Source: a virus (lineage: Duplodnaviria; Caudoviricetes). From it: a stretch of 64,000 bases of DNA. The stretch spans positions 128,001 to 192,000 of IMG/VR virus record IMGVR_UViG_2597489997_000001, one strand, 5' to 3'. This document shows positions 19,686 through 29,191 of the stretch, one piece after another (within the stretch, counting starts at the first letter, position 1; every line of letters starts with the position of its first letter). A program made the position numbers and the translations under genes. The notes under the pieces are model-generated. The model was not told where the DNA came from. It ran no database searches and worked only from the letters and a program-made list of their open reading frames with translations.

Positions 19686-21659
19686 ATGTCTAATAAGGTA
19701 AAACGCTTGCTCGAGTTACAGGCTCAGATTAAGTATCATGACTACATGTACTTTGATCAGGATAAGCCGGTGATCTCTGATGCCAAGTATGACGAGATGG
19801 TTGCTGAATATCAGGAACTCCTCGAAGAACACCCTGAATTTGATCCAGCGAAACATACTGTAGGATTTGTGGCTCCAGATCCCTCAATGGAAACCGTTAT
19901 GATTGTCGAGCCGATGCTATCAATTGGCAAACGCAAGACTAAAGCCGATTTCCAGAAATGGATTACTCAGAATGTTTCAACCGATGCGATCTACGAAGAC
20001 AAGCTGGATGGGATGGCTCTGCGCATCGTTTACCATTATGGTGAGCTTATGTGCATCCATACTCGTGGTAATGGAACTGTGGGAGCAGTTCTAAGTCATC
20101 GCCGTCATTTGCTGTTGAATGTCCCTGACTATATTGCCGAAGATAAGGAAGAACCCGTAACTGAGTATACTGGGGAAGCGTTATGCATGTATGCTGATTT
20201 TGAAGCGTATGCAAAACGCCATGAGTTAGATATTAAAGATATCGATACTCGTTCCACGGTGTCTGGGTTAATGAAACGTCAGAAGTCTTCAGATCGTGAT
20301 GATCTTCCTATTTACTTCAAGTGTTATAACGCGAGCAGCAATGTTCGTAATCGTTACGGGTTTTATACCCAGCTACGTCAACACTTTATCGCTTCAGGTT
20401 TCGACTTACCTAAGTTGTTGTCACCAACCGCTGTAGAAGCTCTCCTGGACCTTCCAAGCAAACCAATCGATACTTATCCTGTCGACGGTATTGTGGCTAA
20501 GGACGACGATTTGAGGAGCTGGGATAAGGAACAGGATGCGCAGTACTATTCTTATGCAATCTGTTACAAATATCCAACCTTGGCTCTGCAAAGTAAAGTC
20601 ACGGGTATTGATTGGTCTATCGCTAATAGTGGTGAGTTGATTGGTACATTGATGTACGAGCCTGTTGACTATGACGGAACTAAATTGTCCCGTTGTAAGT
20701 TAGACTATGCTGCAAGCTATTTCGAGAAAGGCTTGCGTATCAACTCCATTATCAGCGTAACGAAATCAAATGAAATTGTACCCAAGCTTGTGTCTTTGGT
20801 TGAGCCTGGCACTGGTCTCAAGCTTTCATATCCTGAGTTCTGTCCATTCTGTAATAAACCTGTTCGTATGGATGATGACAATAAGGTTGCTTTCTGCGTA
20901 AACCCTGACTGTGAAGGTCAGTTGTTGAAACAGTTAACCCGCCTGTCTGAAATCGATGCGTTCGATATTAAAGGTTTGGGTCCCAAACGTATTCAAGCAT
21001 TGTTAGACCATGGATTCTTATCCAATCCGTCTGACCTGTTTGAGTTAACCGAAGAAGACCTTATCAATGCAGGAATTGATCTTGCCACATCAGGTTCCAT
21101 AATGGAACAGATTGGTAAACTGGATGACAAAGACATCAGCCGTTGGCTGGTTGCTTTAGCTATCCCTGAGTTAGGTGTTGGTCGTGCTATTGACATCTCT
21201 AACTTAGCTGCAACGAACGGAATGAATGATGGATTGAAGTTCAGTAACCTGGATGATTTCATTCGTATCATGACTGACGGCATGTTCCTTAAGAATACGT
21301 TTGGATTGGATGGATTGGTTATCGGAATGCATATCAAAACGCATGAAGAAGAGATCCGTAAATTCCTATCCCACTATACGTTTAACAAGGAACGCACGGG
21401 CATCGCTCAGGGAGTCCCTGTATCGATCTCTGGCGGTTGGCCGGTGCTTACACGGGGATTATTAGCGGAAGGTCTTGCTAACGCCGGATACGTGCTCTCA
21501 GACACTGTCTCGCAGTCAGCCAAGGTGTTACTCACCGGAACTAAACCTAGTCCTGGTAAGATAGCCAAAGCTAATCGCTGGGGTATTCCGATTATTAACA
21601 TTACGTCGGTATATGACATTGCAACCATTGCCGTATTGATTGCTAATGCAAATAAATAA
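19686..21659 (+). CDS. ligA: NAD-dependent DNA ligase
   Basis: Domain Ia Y..D.P.ISDA.YD, PMLSI, KLDG adenylation motif, TRGNG, DGIV.K, CPFC...C....C zinc finger, HhH IKGLG, C-terminal BRCT. Confidence 0.95.
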   Translation: MSNKVKRLLELQAQIKYHDYMYFDQDKPVISDAKYDEMVAEYQELLEEHPEFDPAKHTVGFVAPDPSMETVMIVEPMLSIGKRKTKADFQKWITQNVSTDAIYEDKLDGMALRIVYHYGELMCIHTRGNGTVGAVLSHRRHLLLNVPDYIAEDKEEPVTEYTGEALCMYADFEAYAKRHELDIKDIDTRSTVSGLMKRQKSSDRDDLPIYFKCYNASSNVRNRYGFYTQLRQHFIASGFDLPKLLSPTAVEALLDLPSKPIDTYPVDGIVAKDDDLRSWDKEQDAQYYSYAICYKYPTLALQSKVTGIDWSIANSGELIGTLMYEPVDYDGTKLSRCKLDYAASYFEKGLRINSIISVTKSNEIVPKLVSLVEPGTGLKLSYPEFCPFCNKPVRMDDDNKVAFCVNPDCEGQLLKQLTRLSEIDAFDIKGLGPKRIQALLDHGFLSNPSDLFELTEEDLINAGIDLATSGSIMEQIGKLDDKDISRWLVALAIPELGVGRAIDISNLAATNGMNDGLKFSNLDDFIRIMTDGMFLKNTFGLDGLVIGMHIKTHEEEIRKFLSHYTFNKERTGIAQGVPVSISGGWPVLTRGLLAEGLANAGYVLSDTVSQSAKVLLTGTKPSPGKIAKANRWGIPIINITSVYDIATIAVLIANANK

Positions 21660-21668
21660 GGTGGGCAA

Positions 21669-22106
21669 GTGATCTATCCAACCTGTAACCCAAGAACTGA
21701 ACCATATCTCATTAAGGGGGTGGCCCCAGTTCAGCAAAACGGACATGAACTCTGTTTCTTTAAACCTGGCATTATTAACAACGCCAAAGAACTATTCATT
21801 GCTCCGTATGTCCCGGACTTTGAAGACATCACTATTGACTCTGAATCTCTAACCCCTGTCAGATTACTGATGGAAGGTATCGACCCCAATGGTAATAGTG
21901 TACGGTTCTTTGCTGGTAAGGAAGATGATAAAACGCATTGTTCTTATTTGTTAGGTAACCTAGAATTCGAGTATGAAGTGGTTCTCACTCATACCGACAA
22001 ATCAGATACTCTTTCTATAGAGTTAAAGGTAAAGAACTGGACCTCAACTGGAACACTTAAAGCGTTGAGTGTGATCGGTGTGGCTATCGCCGCAAAGCTT
22101 AAGTAA
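21669..22106 (+). CDS. Hypothetical protein (weak paralog of 16624 and 24695 genes)
   Basis: AAGGTGG RBS, GTG start; IYP..N..T and VIGVAI motifs. Confidence 0.7.
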   Translation: MIYPTCNPRTEPYLIKGVAPVQQNGHELCFFKPGIINNAKELFIAPYVPDFEDITIDSESLTPVRLLMEGIDPNGNSVRFFAGKEDDKTHCSYLLGNLEFEYEVVLTHTDKSDTLSIELKVKNWTSTGTLKALSVIGVAIAAKLK

Positions 22107-22121
22107 CAAGCAAATTAAATA

Positions 22122-22151
22122 AGAACTCTACCCGTCATTGGGTAGAGTTCT
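22122..22151 (+). terminator. Intrinsic terminator, degenerate relative of the 35060/50282 hairpin
   Basis: AGAACTCTACCC-GTCATT-GGGTAGAGTTCT followed by a T-rich tract. Confidence 0.75.
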
Positions 22152-22177
22152 ATTCTTTCTTTTATTAAGGAGTTTTT

Positions 22178-22486
22178 ATGTTCCGTAAACATTTGGTTAT
22201 CATCCGTGGTCAATATGCTGGCATCGCTCATGGTGCTCAGAAAGTTATTGATAAAATGCAGGGACAGGACGATATCTTTCTGATTGAAGAATCAGACCAG
22301 TGTTTCACCGTAGTTGCAGGTGACGAAGATTTCAACCGCTTCGCTAAGATGTTCATGGGTGAATGGCAGGTCAGTGTTGTTAAGACTGGTCAGTTACCTG
22401 ATTACACGAACGTTCTGGTGTTCGGTAAGGTCATGGACGGCGCTCTGCAACAACGCGCTCAAGACATCGCTAAGAAAATGTTCTAA
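22178..22486 (+). CDS. Hypothetical protein
   Basis: AAGGAG RBS, 102 aa. Confidence 0.8.
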   Translation: MFRKHLVIIRGQYAGIAHGAQKVIDKMQGQDDIFLIEESDQCFTVVAGDEDFNRFAKMFMGEWQVSVVKTGQLPDYTNVLVFGKVMDGALQQRAQDIAKKMF

Positions 22487-22495
22487 GGGGTAATC

Positions 22496-23116
22496 ATGGA
22501 AAAACATTACGATTTACAGCGTCGTGGTAATGACGGTTGGATTCTTAATCGTGGTGACCATCAGATCCAAATCTTCCGTCTTCGTGAAGAAATCCAGATA
22601 GGTCCTCATTTTAAGAAGGAACTCTGCGGGGTAGCTTTCCGATATCAAGATTCATCAAAGAACGATCCACAGGAATCTATAACCCTTAGTCTGAAAACAA
22701 TCGATCCGGAACATGATAATACAGATCACTCCCTTATTTATATGACCAGGAAGATATTAGAGCAGGTTCACCTGGGAACCTTTGGTCAGGAATGTTCACG
22801 TTTAAATGAGCGCACTGAGTTTCTGGAATATATCCTGAAGTTCTTGGGCGAAGATCCAAACGTCTATATCGACCGACCTATTCGTATCCCCATTGATACC
22901 CCTATTGGTAAACAGTGGTTGGTAAATTTGGAGGATGAACGATACTACGCAACTCGTAGTTATAGTCCAAGTGACGATTTATATACCACGACCATCCATC
23001 TGACAAATACGAAGTTTCAAATTGGTTCAGGTAAGTATAAAAACCAATCCATGACCTTCATGAGTAAAACTGCCGTCCCGCTGGACATTAATGCGGTAGT
23101 TCTGGTGTTTAAATAA
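22496..23116 (+). CDS. Hypothetical protein
   Basis: 206 aa, RBS present. Confidence 0.75.
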   Translation: MEKHYDLQRRGNDGWILNRGDHQIQIFRLREEIQIGPHFKKELCGVAFRYQDSSKNDPQESITLSLKTIDPEHDNTDHSLIYMTRKILEQVHLGTFGQECSRLNERTEFLEYILKFLGEDPNVYIDRPIRIPIDTPIGKQWLVNLEDERYYATRSYSPSDDLYTTTIHLTNTKFQIGSGKYKNQSMTFMSKTAVPLDINAVVLVFK

Positions 23117-23123
23117 TTAGGAT

Positions 23124-23149
23124 CCTCTGAGGGCAAGTGCCCTCAGAGG
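23124..23149. terminator. Intergenic hairpin
   Basis: CCTCTGAGGGC-AAGT-GCCCTCAGAGG. Confidence 0.65.
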
Positions 23150-23176
23150 TCCATTAAACTAAAGGAGTTTTATTTC

Positions 23177-23944
23177 ATGGGTGTTTTAAGAAAATTTGAT
23201 CCAGAATTAGACCAATACTTCAGTAACGATGATCCCAAATATGTTATTAGGGATTTAATATATGAATCTGAGTTAGGGAAGACCAGAGTACAATGGACCA
23301 GGGGTTTGAATACGGTAAATGCCCCATATTACGATCAAGATGGAAACCAGGTTAAATTAATCGGCGACGATTCAATCAACATTAGTGTCGTGGGGCCTGG
23401 CTCTAGTATCATGTACGCCCAGTATCCAAGTGATGATTTGGATCCAAGTATCCCCACCTTGGAATCGGTGATTAACAAAGCGTATGAGTACCTAGTTCTT
23501 AGAACAGTACAGCCCCAACCTATATCCGAATCTGATCCAGATATCGAATGGATGGCCGGTTTAACTGTGGAGAACTTACTCCTGATGATAGACGATCTTC
23601 AAATTAACATATCTGATTTTTCCACAAAGAACCCGGTCATAATCATGGGGCCCAAATGGAGACCAGTTAAAGAGTGTGGATTAAACCACTCTAAAGAGTA
23701 TTATGCTTATAATAAGGACGGATCCAATAGATACTCAGTTAGAATGAACGTCACTGATGGGTTTATAAATTATTATGTATCACAGTACAAAGAAGTGACA
23801 ATCAAGCATGGTGATTGGGTTGTCGGTGTTATTTATGAACCGACAGAGACTAAAATTCATAAAGTTCCTCTTGCCGAGGCTCATGCCATCACCACAAAGC
23901 AAATAGGAATTTTATTTAATGATGATGTTGAACAAGTGTCTTAA
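23177..23944 (+). CDS. Hypothetical protein
   Basis: AAGGAG RBS, 255 aa. Confidence 0.75.
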   Translation: MGVLRKFDPELDQYFSNDDPKYVIRDLIYESELGKTRVQWTRGLNTVNAPYYDQDGNQVKLIGDDSINISVVGPGSSIMYAQYPSDDLDPSIPTLESVINKAYEYLVLRTVQPQPISESDPDIEWMAGLTVENLLLMIDDLQINISDFSTKNPVIIMGPKWRPVKECGLNHSKEYYAYNKDGSNRYSVRMNVTDGFINYYVSQYKEVTIKHGDWVVGVIYEPTETKIHKVPLAEAHAITTKQIGILFNDDVEQVS

Positions 23945-23955
23945 CTAATATAAAA

Positions 23956-23977
23956 GAGAGGTCCGTTTGGACCTCTC
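23956..23977 (+). terminator. Hairpin followed by TATGTTTG
   Basis: GAGAGGTCC-GTTT-GGACCTCTC. Confidence 0.65.
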
Positions 23978-24094
23978 CTCTATGTTTGTTTGAAAAAATA
24001 GGGTTCTACCTATAATAAGGTAGATAATGTTTATTAATCTGGAGATTTCTTATGAAGAGTGAACTTCCCTGTTCCTCAGTAATTTAAGGAGGGG

Positions 24095-24640
24095 ATGATG
24101 GATTGGCATATTTATACTGATGGTTCACGTATTGGTGATTCGACCACTGATGGTGGACCTGGCGGATGGGCATGGGTCTGTACCTATGGCGATATCCGAG
24201 CCGAAGATAGCTGTGGGTTCTTCAAGACCACGAACAACCGTATGGAGATATTGGCTGTAGTAGAAGCTCTTTCTCAATTACAGGAAAGTTCGTCTGTCAA
24301 GATTTATACCGACAGCCAATACACAATTGATGGTGCTACAAAGTGGGTATGGGGCTGGATCAAAAATGGATGGCAGAGAAAGACCCAATCTGGTGGTTTA
24401 GAAGATGTTAAGAACTGTGACCTGTTCAAACGTCTTCATGAACTTACCCGCTTTCACAAAGTCGAATTTATCAAGGTTAAAGCTCACTCCGGTATTCCTG
24501 ATAACGAACGCTGTGATGTGTTAGCTAAATCTGCTGCCGCTAACCCTACCAAAATCGATGAGGGATTCACTCCTCGTCCTGCTGGTGAGAAGACAGGCGG
24601 TTATCGACCTTGGGGTGGTAAACCTCACTGGAAACGTTAA
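24095..24640 (+). CDS. rnhA: Ribonuclease HI
   Basis: YTDGS, GPGGW, TTNNRME, YTDSQY, N.DL, VKAHSG...NERCD.LA motifs. Confidence 0.95.
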   Translation: MMDWHIYTDGSRIGDSTTDGGPGGWAWVCTYGDIRAEDSCGFFKTTNNRMEILAVVEALSQLQESSSVKIYTDSQYTIDGATKWVWGWIKNGWQRKTQSGGLEDVKNCDLFKRLHELTRFHKVEFIKVKAHSGIPDNERCDVLAKSAAANPTKIDEGFTPRPAGEKTGGYRPWGGKPHWKR

Positions 24641-24646
24641 ACTAAT

Positions 24647-24675
24647 CCCACTATTTCGGTAGTGGGTTTTCTTTC
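24647..24675 (+). terminator. Intrinsic terminator
   Basis: CCCACTA-TTTCGG-TAGTGGG then TTTTCTTTC. Confidence 0.8.
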
Positions 24676-24694
24676 TTATATAAGGTAGAAACAA

Positions 24695-25307
24695 ATGTAC
24701 GAACAAGTTCGGTTGATCCCTGTATTCAACTCAACTACTGAGGATGTATTTGTTCCAACAATGGATTATCCTCCGTTCGAGTTTACTTACGGTAACAACG
24801 ATATCCTGGAGCGTCCCGATCTATTTTTCAAGTTACCTGAAAGTTGATGCCAATATCAACCTGCGTCATTTGGTATCCCTTGGTTCTGAGAAATGGGGCG
24901 TCAATGATCATATTGATTTGAGCCGTCTTTACATCAAAGGTGTTCTGATCAAAGTAACCAACGGTGATAAAGAAGAAGTATTGGAGCTGGATGGTCTGTT
25001 CGGCGTTGCTGGCACTGGTTTCCTCCCAGCTATCCATTCAAGTCATCAGGTGCGCAGAGCTTATCTGAGTATGAAGCATCTTGCAGCACGTTGTTTCAAA
25101 CGTCCTGACCGTTATCCCCCAACGATCTTCGGTAATGAAGAAGCTCCTAACATCACCTTCGAGTTAGGTCTCTGTTATGATGATCAACAGGGTGTTGTTG
25201 AGACCACCATTCACTCTGCAATGAGTAGCGTCAAGTCAGCTACCGTTAAAGTGATCGGATACATTCTGGATATTGAACACAAGTCTACGGACCTGAACCT
25301 TATTTAA
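24695..25307 (+). pseudogene. Gene split by an apparent +1 frameshift near T5 at 24824-24828
   Basis: RBS-led ORF 24695-24847 (MYEQVRLIPVFNSTTED...) overlaps a +1-frame ORF ending at 25307; the joined product has both paralog motifs of the 16624/21669 genes. Confidence 0.6.
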
Positions 25308-25313
25308 TCCGCC

Positions 25314-25323
25314 ATTTTATGTC
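25314..25323 (+). promoter_or_regulatory. Putative late promoter (TATG core)
   Basis: ATTTTATGTC upstream of head gene; identical 10-mer on the minus strand at 51918-51927 upstream of a virion gene; phiKZ late promoters have a TATG core. Confidence 0.45.
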
Positions 25324-25344
25324 ATCTATTGTTGAGGTCTCAAC

Positions 25345-27777
25345 ATGCAACTTGTAACTTGTGCGTTCCCTGGAACTGGTAAGTCTACCATTTCTAACAA
25401 CGCAGAACAATACGGGCTTATCAAAGCGCACGTCTATTATGATGACAGAGAAGGCGTTTGTGTCAGTCTCTTAAACTCTGATAAAGTTCCCGTATTTGAC
25501 TCGGACAGTTCAATCTTTCCGAAAGAAAACTTTCCGAGCAATTATGTAGAACACATCAAGGGACTCCTTCGAGATTTCCCCGAATGTGTTATCATGGTAT
25601 CAAGCCACGACAATGTCCGTGAGGCATTACGTGAAGCTGGTATCGACTATATCCTTGTTTATCCACAACGTGAACTCAAGGGTGATTACCTCGAACGCTA
25701 TGAAGGCCGTGGGTCTCCAGAACCGTTCATTAAACTGATGGATGATAAATGGAATGATTTCATTGACTCTTGTGAGTCGGATCCTTCCACATCCAAACGT
25801 GTACTATCCGAAGGGGAATATCTCGTGGATAAAATTGAAGAGTTGAAGAAGTTTTGGCCTGCTAAGAAAGTAGACGGGAATGAAGCTTTCCCAACTGCTG
25901 TCATTTCAGGTACCGAGTCAATTGGCGATATCGTCAGTGATGGTGAAGGTAATGCAGTAGCTGTCTGGGGTCAGAATGGTCTGGAACCATTACCTGCTGA
26001 TGACGGTGTTACCACTGGTGATGTCATCATCGACGGTGAAACTGGGCAGGTAGTTGGTACAGTAACTGAGGTTGAAGTAGAAGCCGAAGCTAAACCTGGC
26101 CAACCTGGTGTTACTGTAGAAGTAGAAACTGAAGTTCAGCCAGCTCCTGGCGTTTCTGCGGAACAAGTAGTTGAAGCAGTTGTAGCCGCTACTCCGTGCG
26201 AACCAGACAACGTTGATGTTGAAGTTAAACAAGACGGTACTGTTGTGGTGGAAGCTTCTGAAGTTATGCCTGCGGGCGAAGCTTCTGAAGTTGTTGCGGA
26301 AGTTGTTGGTGCTCAAGCTGATGCTCCAGAAACTGTAGTTGTTCAGCCTGCTGATGTAGTTGTTGAAGCAGAAGGTAGTTTTAACCCAACTGCTGCGATC
26401 TTCGCTGCTGCTCTGGGTGATAACCCTGCTCCTGAACCAACTGTGGCTCCTGGTCCTGCCATTGTTGATCTGGCAGAACTGAATGGTCCTGATACTCAGG
26501 TAGTCGTTGCTGCTGAAGAACCAACTGTAGCTGCCGTTGTCGTTGATGACGGTACTCTGACCTCCGAGGTTGTTAGCGTTCAGGCTGATCCTTCTGTTGC
26601 TCCTGTTTCTGGCGAAGTCATTGTTGACGGCCAAGAAGACGCAGGCGGTGAAGTGACTGTTGACGTCGATCCTAAAACCGGCGTAGTTGAAGTTGAAACC
26701 GCAGAAGGTACTGTTACTGTGACCCAAGAAGAAGTTAAAGTTGACGGTGCTGACATCGTTGTTACTGGTGCAGTTGAAGGCGACGACCTTGTTCAGACCG
26801 ATGCTGATCGTGCTGACCTGATTGAGCTGAAGCTGGACATGCAGAACGATATCGATGCTATCGAGCCTATCGTAGCTATGGGTAAAACGGAAGAGCATGC
26901 TGGTAATGAAGCATTTGCAGCCGGTTCCGAAATCTTAAACAAAGCAGCTGCTGAAGCCAAAGCAACTTACGGCATCGAAATGGAACCTACCCTAGCAGGT
27001 CTGGAAGGTTTCCTGGAAGGATTGAAAGGTGCAGTGGGTAAAATTACTGCCGCTCTGAAATCCAAGCCAACTAAACAGGATCTCTCTATCGTTAAGAAAT
27101 ATCTTTACGAGAATGAGAAAGCTGCTGCGGTTTATTCCAGTGCTGATTGGCAAGGTAAGCAAACCTTCATCGAAGGCGGTAACGTCACTGTACAAACCCC
27201 TGCTTTGCTGAGTAATGCTACCACTCCTTCTGAAGTGGCTGGTGTGGTAAACTCCATGTTGAAGAATGCTGAAGATGCTTTCAGTAAACATGTTAAGAAC
27301 GAAACTGAACGTCTTAAAGCCGGTGTGAAAGCTTTCAACGCTATTCGCAACCTGGGTAAAGATGCTCCGGTATCAGAGCTTGAAAAGCATCTACCTATCA
27401 AACCAGAAAAACTGACCTCGGGCGTAGCAGACGCTGGTCTGGATAAAGTAGAAGTTGGTTTGTCTGGCAAAGAGCTTCCAGTTCTGACTGCTGACAAAGT
27501 AAAAGAAGTTGTTAAGATCATGGATACCATTACTGATACGCTGGTTAAGTTTATCCGTATGGAAGAAAGCACTTTCGATCTCTATCCTGGTGATGAAGTC
27601 GAACGTTCTGCCTTTATCGAAGCGCATGAAAATACCGGTGCTGTTAAAGAACTGCTCAGCGTGATCGAGTACCGTTCAAGCCCAGTGTCCTTCACTGCTA
27701 TCGACAAAGCACTCCATGAAAAACTGCTTCCAATTGCACAGTTCTTGGAAAGCTGGATCCTCAAATCAGTTAAATAA
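25345..27777 (+). CDS. Putative head (inner) protein with N-terminal P-loop domain and long acidic propeptide
   Basis: AFPGTGKS Walker A; V/E/A/P/D-rich linker; repeated G-x-E sites (GNE, GTE, GLE, GQE); C-terminal domain paralogous to the next gene. Confidence 0.7.
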   Translation: MQLVTCAFPGTGKSTISNNAEQYGLIKAHVYYDDREGVCVSLLNSDKVPVFDSDSSIFPKENFPSNYVEHIKGLLRDFPECVIMVSSHDNVREALREAGIDYILVYPQRELKGDYLERYEGRGSPEPFIKLMDDKWNDFIDSCESDPSTSKRVLSEGEYLVDKIEELKKFWPAKKVDGNEAFPTAVISGTESIGDIVSDGEGNAVAVWGQNGLEPLPADDGVTTGDVIIDGETGQVVGTVTEVEVEAEAKPGQPGVTVEVETEVQPAPGVSAEQVVEAVVAATPCEPDNVDVEVKQDGTVVVEASEVMPAGEASEVVAEVVGAQADAPETVVVQPADVVVEAEGSFNPTAAIFAAALGDNPAPEPTVAPGPAIVDLAELNGPDTQVVVAAEEPTVAAVVVDDGTLTSEVVSVQADPSVAPVSGEVIVDGQEDAGGEVTVDVDPKTGVVEVETAEGTVTVTQEEVKVDGADIVVTGAVEGDDLVQTDADRADLIELKLDMQNDIDAIEPIVAMGKTEEHAGNEAFAAGSEILNKAAAEAKATYGIEMEPTLAGLEGFLEGLKGAVGKITAALKSKPTKQDLSIVKKYLYENEKAAAVYSSADWQGKQTFIEGGNVTVQTPALLSNATTPSEVAGVVNSMLKNAEDAFSKHVKNETERLKAGVKAFNAIRNLGKDAPVSELEKHLPIKPEKLTSGVADAGLDKVEVGLSGKELPVLTADKVKEVVKIMDTITDTLVKFIRMEESTFDLYPGDEVERSAFIEAHENTGAVKELLSVIEYRSSPVSFTAIDKALHEKLLPIAQFLESWILKSVK

Positions 27778-27787
27778 GGTAAACGTA

Positions 27788-29059
27788 ATGGAACTGAAAA
27801 ACATCGCTGACATCAAGAAAAAGATGCAGGGTGATATCGGAACCCTTACCAAAGTGATCTCCGCCTGTTCGCAGGCGGATACCCGCTCTGGTATGGAAGG
27901 CTATGAAGATGGCGGTAAAGTATTTACTGACGCCGCTAATCACTTCAAAACCCAATATGGTGTTTCCGTAGAACCTACCTTGGCTGGTATGGAATCTCTG
28001 GTTACTCAGCTGGCCACTGGTCTGAAGAAGATCGAAGATAAAGAAACTTCCGATGCTATTCTGACCCACATGTTAGTTGGGACTGAATCACGTAAGGCTG
28101 ATTTAGTATTGGCTCAAATACGTGGTACAAGTGATCTTCACGTCCTGACCTCGATGATCTCTAACCGTCAGGATGGTATCGACGGGATGGAAGATGGTGG
28201 TACTCACTTCGGCCACATGGTTTCTACCATTAAAGAACACTACGGTGTTGAAGTGGAACCCACGTTGTCCGGTCTGGAAAGTTTTAGCTCTGTTCTTAAA
28301 TCAGCAATCGGGAGCATTACTAACCTGATGAAAGGTAAGAATAAAGCAGAGAAAGCTCGTCTGATCAAACGTAACTTCGCTCAAGCAGAAGAAGCTGTTA
28401 AGCAATACGCTTCAGCTGAATGGCTGGGTAAGCGAGAGTACGTCGAAGATAAGACCGTTAAAGTCAAAACCCCGGCGGTCTTCAAAGATGTTAAGAACAT
28501 CTCCGATCTGATGGGTGTTGTCAATGGTATTCAGAAAGATGTTGATTCTGCGTTGGCCAAACATACGGCGGTTATCAATCAGCGCTTGACCGCTGGCCTG
28601 AAAGTATTCAATCAGTACGACAACAAAGATCCTGGTGATAAGGAAATTACAAAAGAGCTCGATGGTCTGGTAATTACCCCTCCTTATCTTAAAGGCGGTG
28701 TTGACGACTCCAAGCTGAAAGAAGTTAAACTCGGGACTTCTCCTGTTGAACTTCCGACGCTGGATGAAGCAGGTGTTAAATCCGCTGTGTCTGCTTTGGG
28801 TAAATTAATCGCTGGTATCCACACTCTGTGGGCGAAACTAGAAACCATAGATAGTAAGCTTCTGTATGAAGAGGATATCTATCAGTCCGATTTCTGGAAT
28901 AAAATGACTTCCGGTAAAGGTTTCGGTCAACTGTGGGATGCGGTCACTTATGACGCTGCCCGTGAAGTGAAAGAGATCGGGTTTGCCTACGACGACGTGG
29001 TACTCACCATTGCTCAGTTCATCGAAGGTTGGATGCTGGCTTCCATCAAGCACAACTAA
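27788..29059 (+). CDS. Putative head protein, paralog of the preceding gene's C-terminal domain
   Basis: Start moved to ATG 27788 (TAAGG RBS); YG...EPTL.G.E module twice; ends IAQFIEGWMLASIK vs IAQFLESWILKSVK. Confidence 0.75.
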   Translation: MELKNIADIKKKMQGDIGTLTKVISACSQADTRSGMEGYEDGGKVFTDAANHFKTQYGVSVEPTLAGMESLVTQLATGLKKIEDKETSDAILTHMLVGTESRKADLVLAQIRGTSDLHVLTSMISNRQDGIDGMEDGGTHFGHMVSTIKEHYGVEVEPTLSGLESFSSVLKSAIGSITNLMKGKNKAEKARLIKRNFAQAEEAVKQYASAEWLGKREYVEDKTVKVKTPAVFKDVKNISDLMGVVNGIQKDVDSALAKHTAVINQRLTAGLKVFNQYDNKDPGDKEITKELDGLVITPPYLKGGVDDSKLKEVKLGTSPVELPTLDEAGVKSAVSALGKLIAGIHTLWAKLETIDSKLLYEEDIYQSDFWNKMTSGKGFGQLWDAVTYDAAREVKEIGFAYDDVVLTIAQFIEGWMLASIKHN

Positions 29060-29077
29060 GTAAATCTGTAACTAATC

Positions 29078-29107
29078 TGGGTATAGGCTAACCCCTATAC
29101 CCATTTT
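29078..29107 (+). terminator. Intrinsic terminator
   Basis: TGGGTATAGG-CTAACC-CCTATACCCA + TTTT. Confidence 0.75.
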
Positions 29108-29191
29108 GCTGTCTGTTGAAATTTTGCCACCTGCTTTAGCCGGACCAATAACGGTACCCGCAAAGCACACGCATATATAAGGAAGTAGTAA

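Noticed and set aside
25990-26898. 302-aa antisense ORF
   Set aside because: Shadow of the GTT/GCT/GAA-rich codons of the acidic linker on the plus strand; N/F/S-rich product with no recognisable features
27716-27787. ORF-track start of the 447-aa head protein
   Set aside because: Overlaps the upstream gene; ATG 27788 has the RBS. Starts were similarly moved for ORFs listed at 30610, 33512, 34413, 36142, 37785, 47414 and 47961
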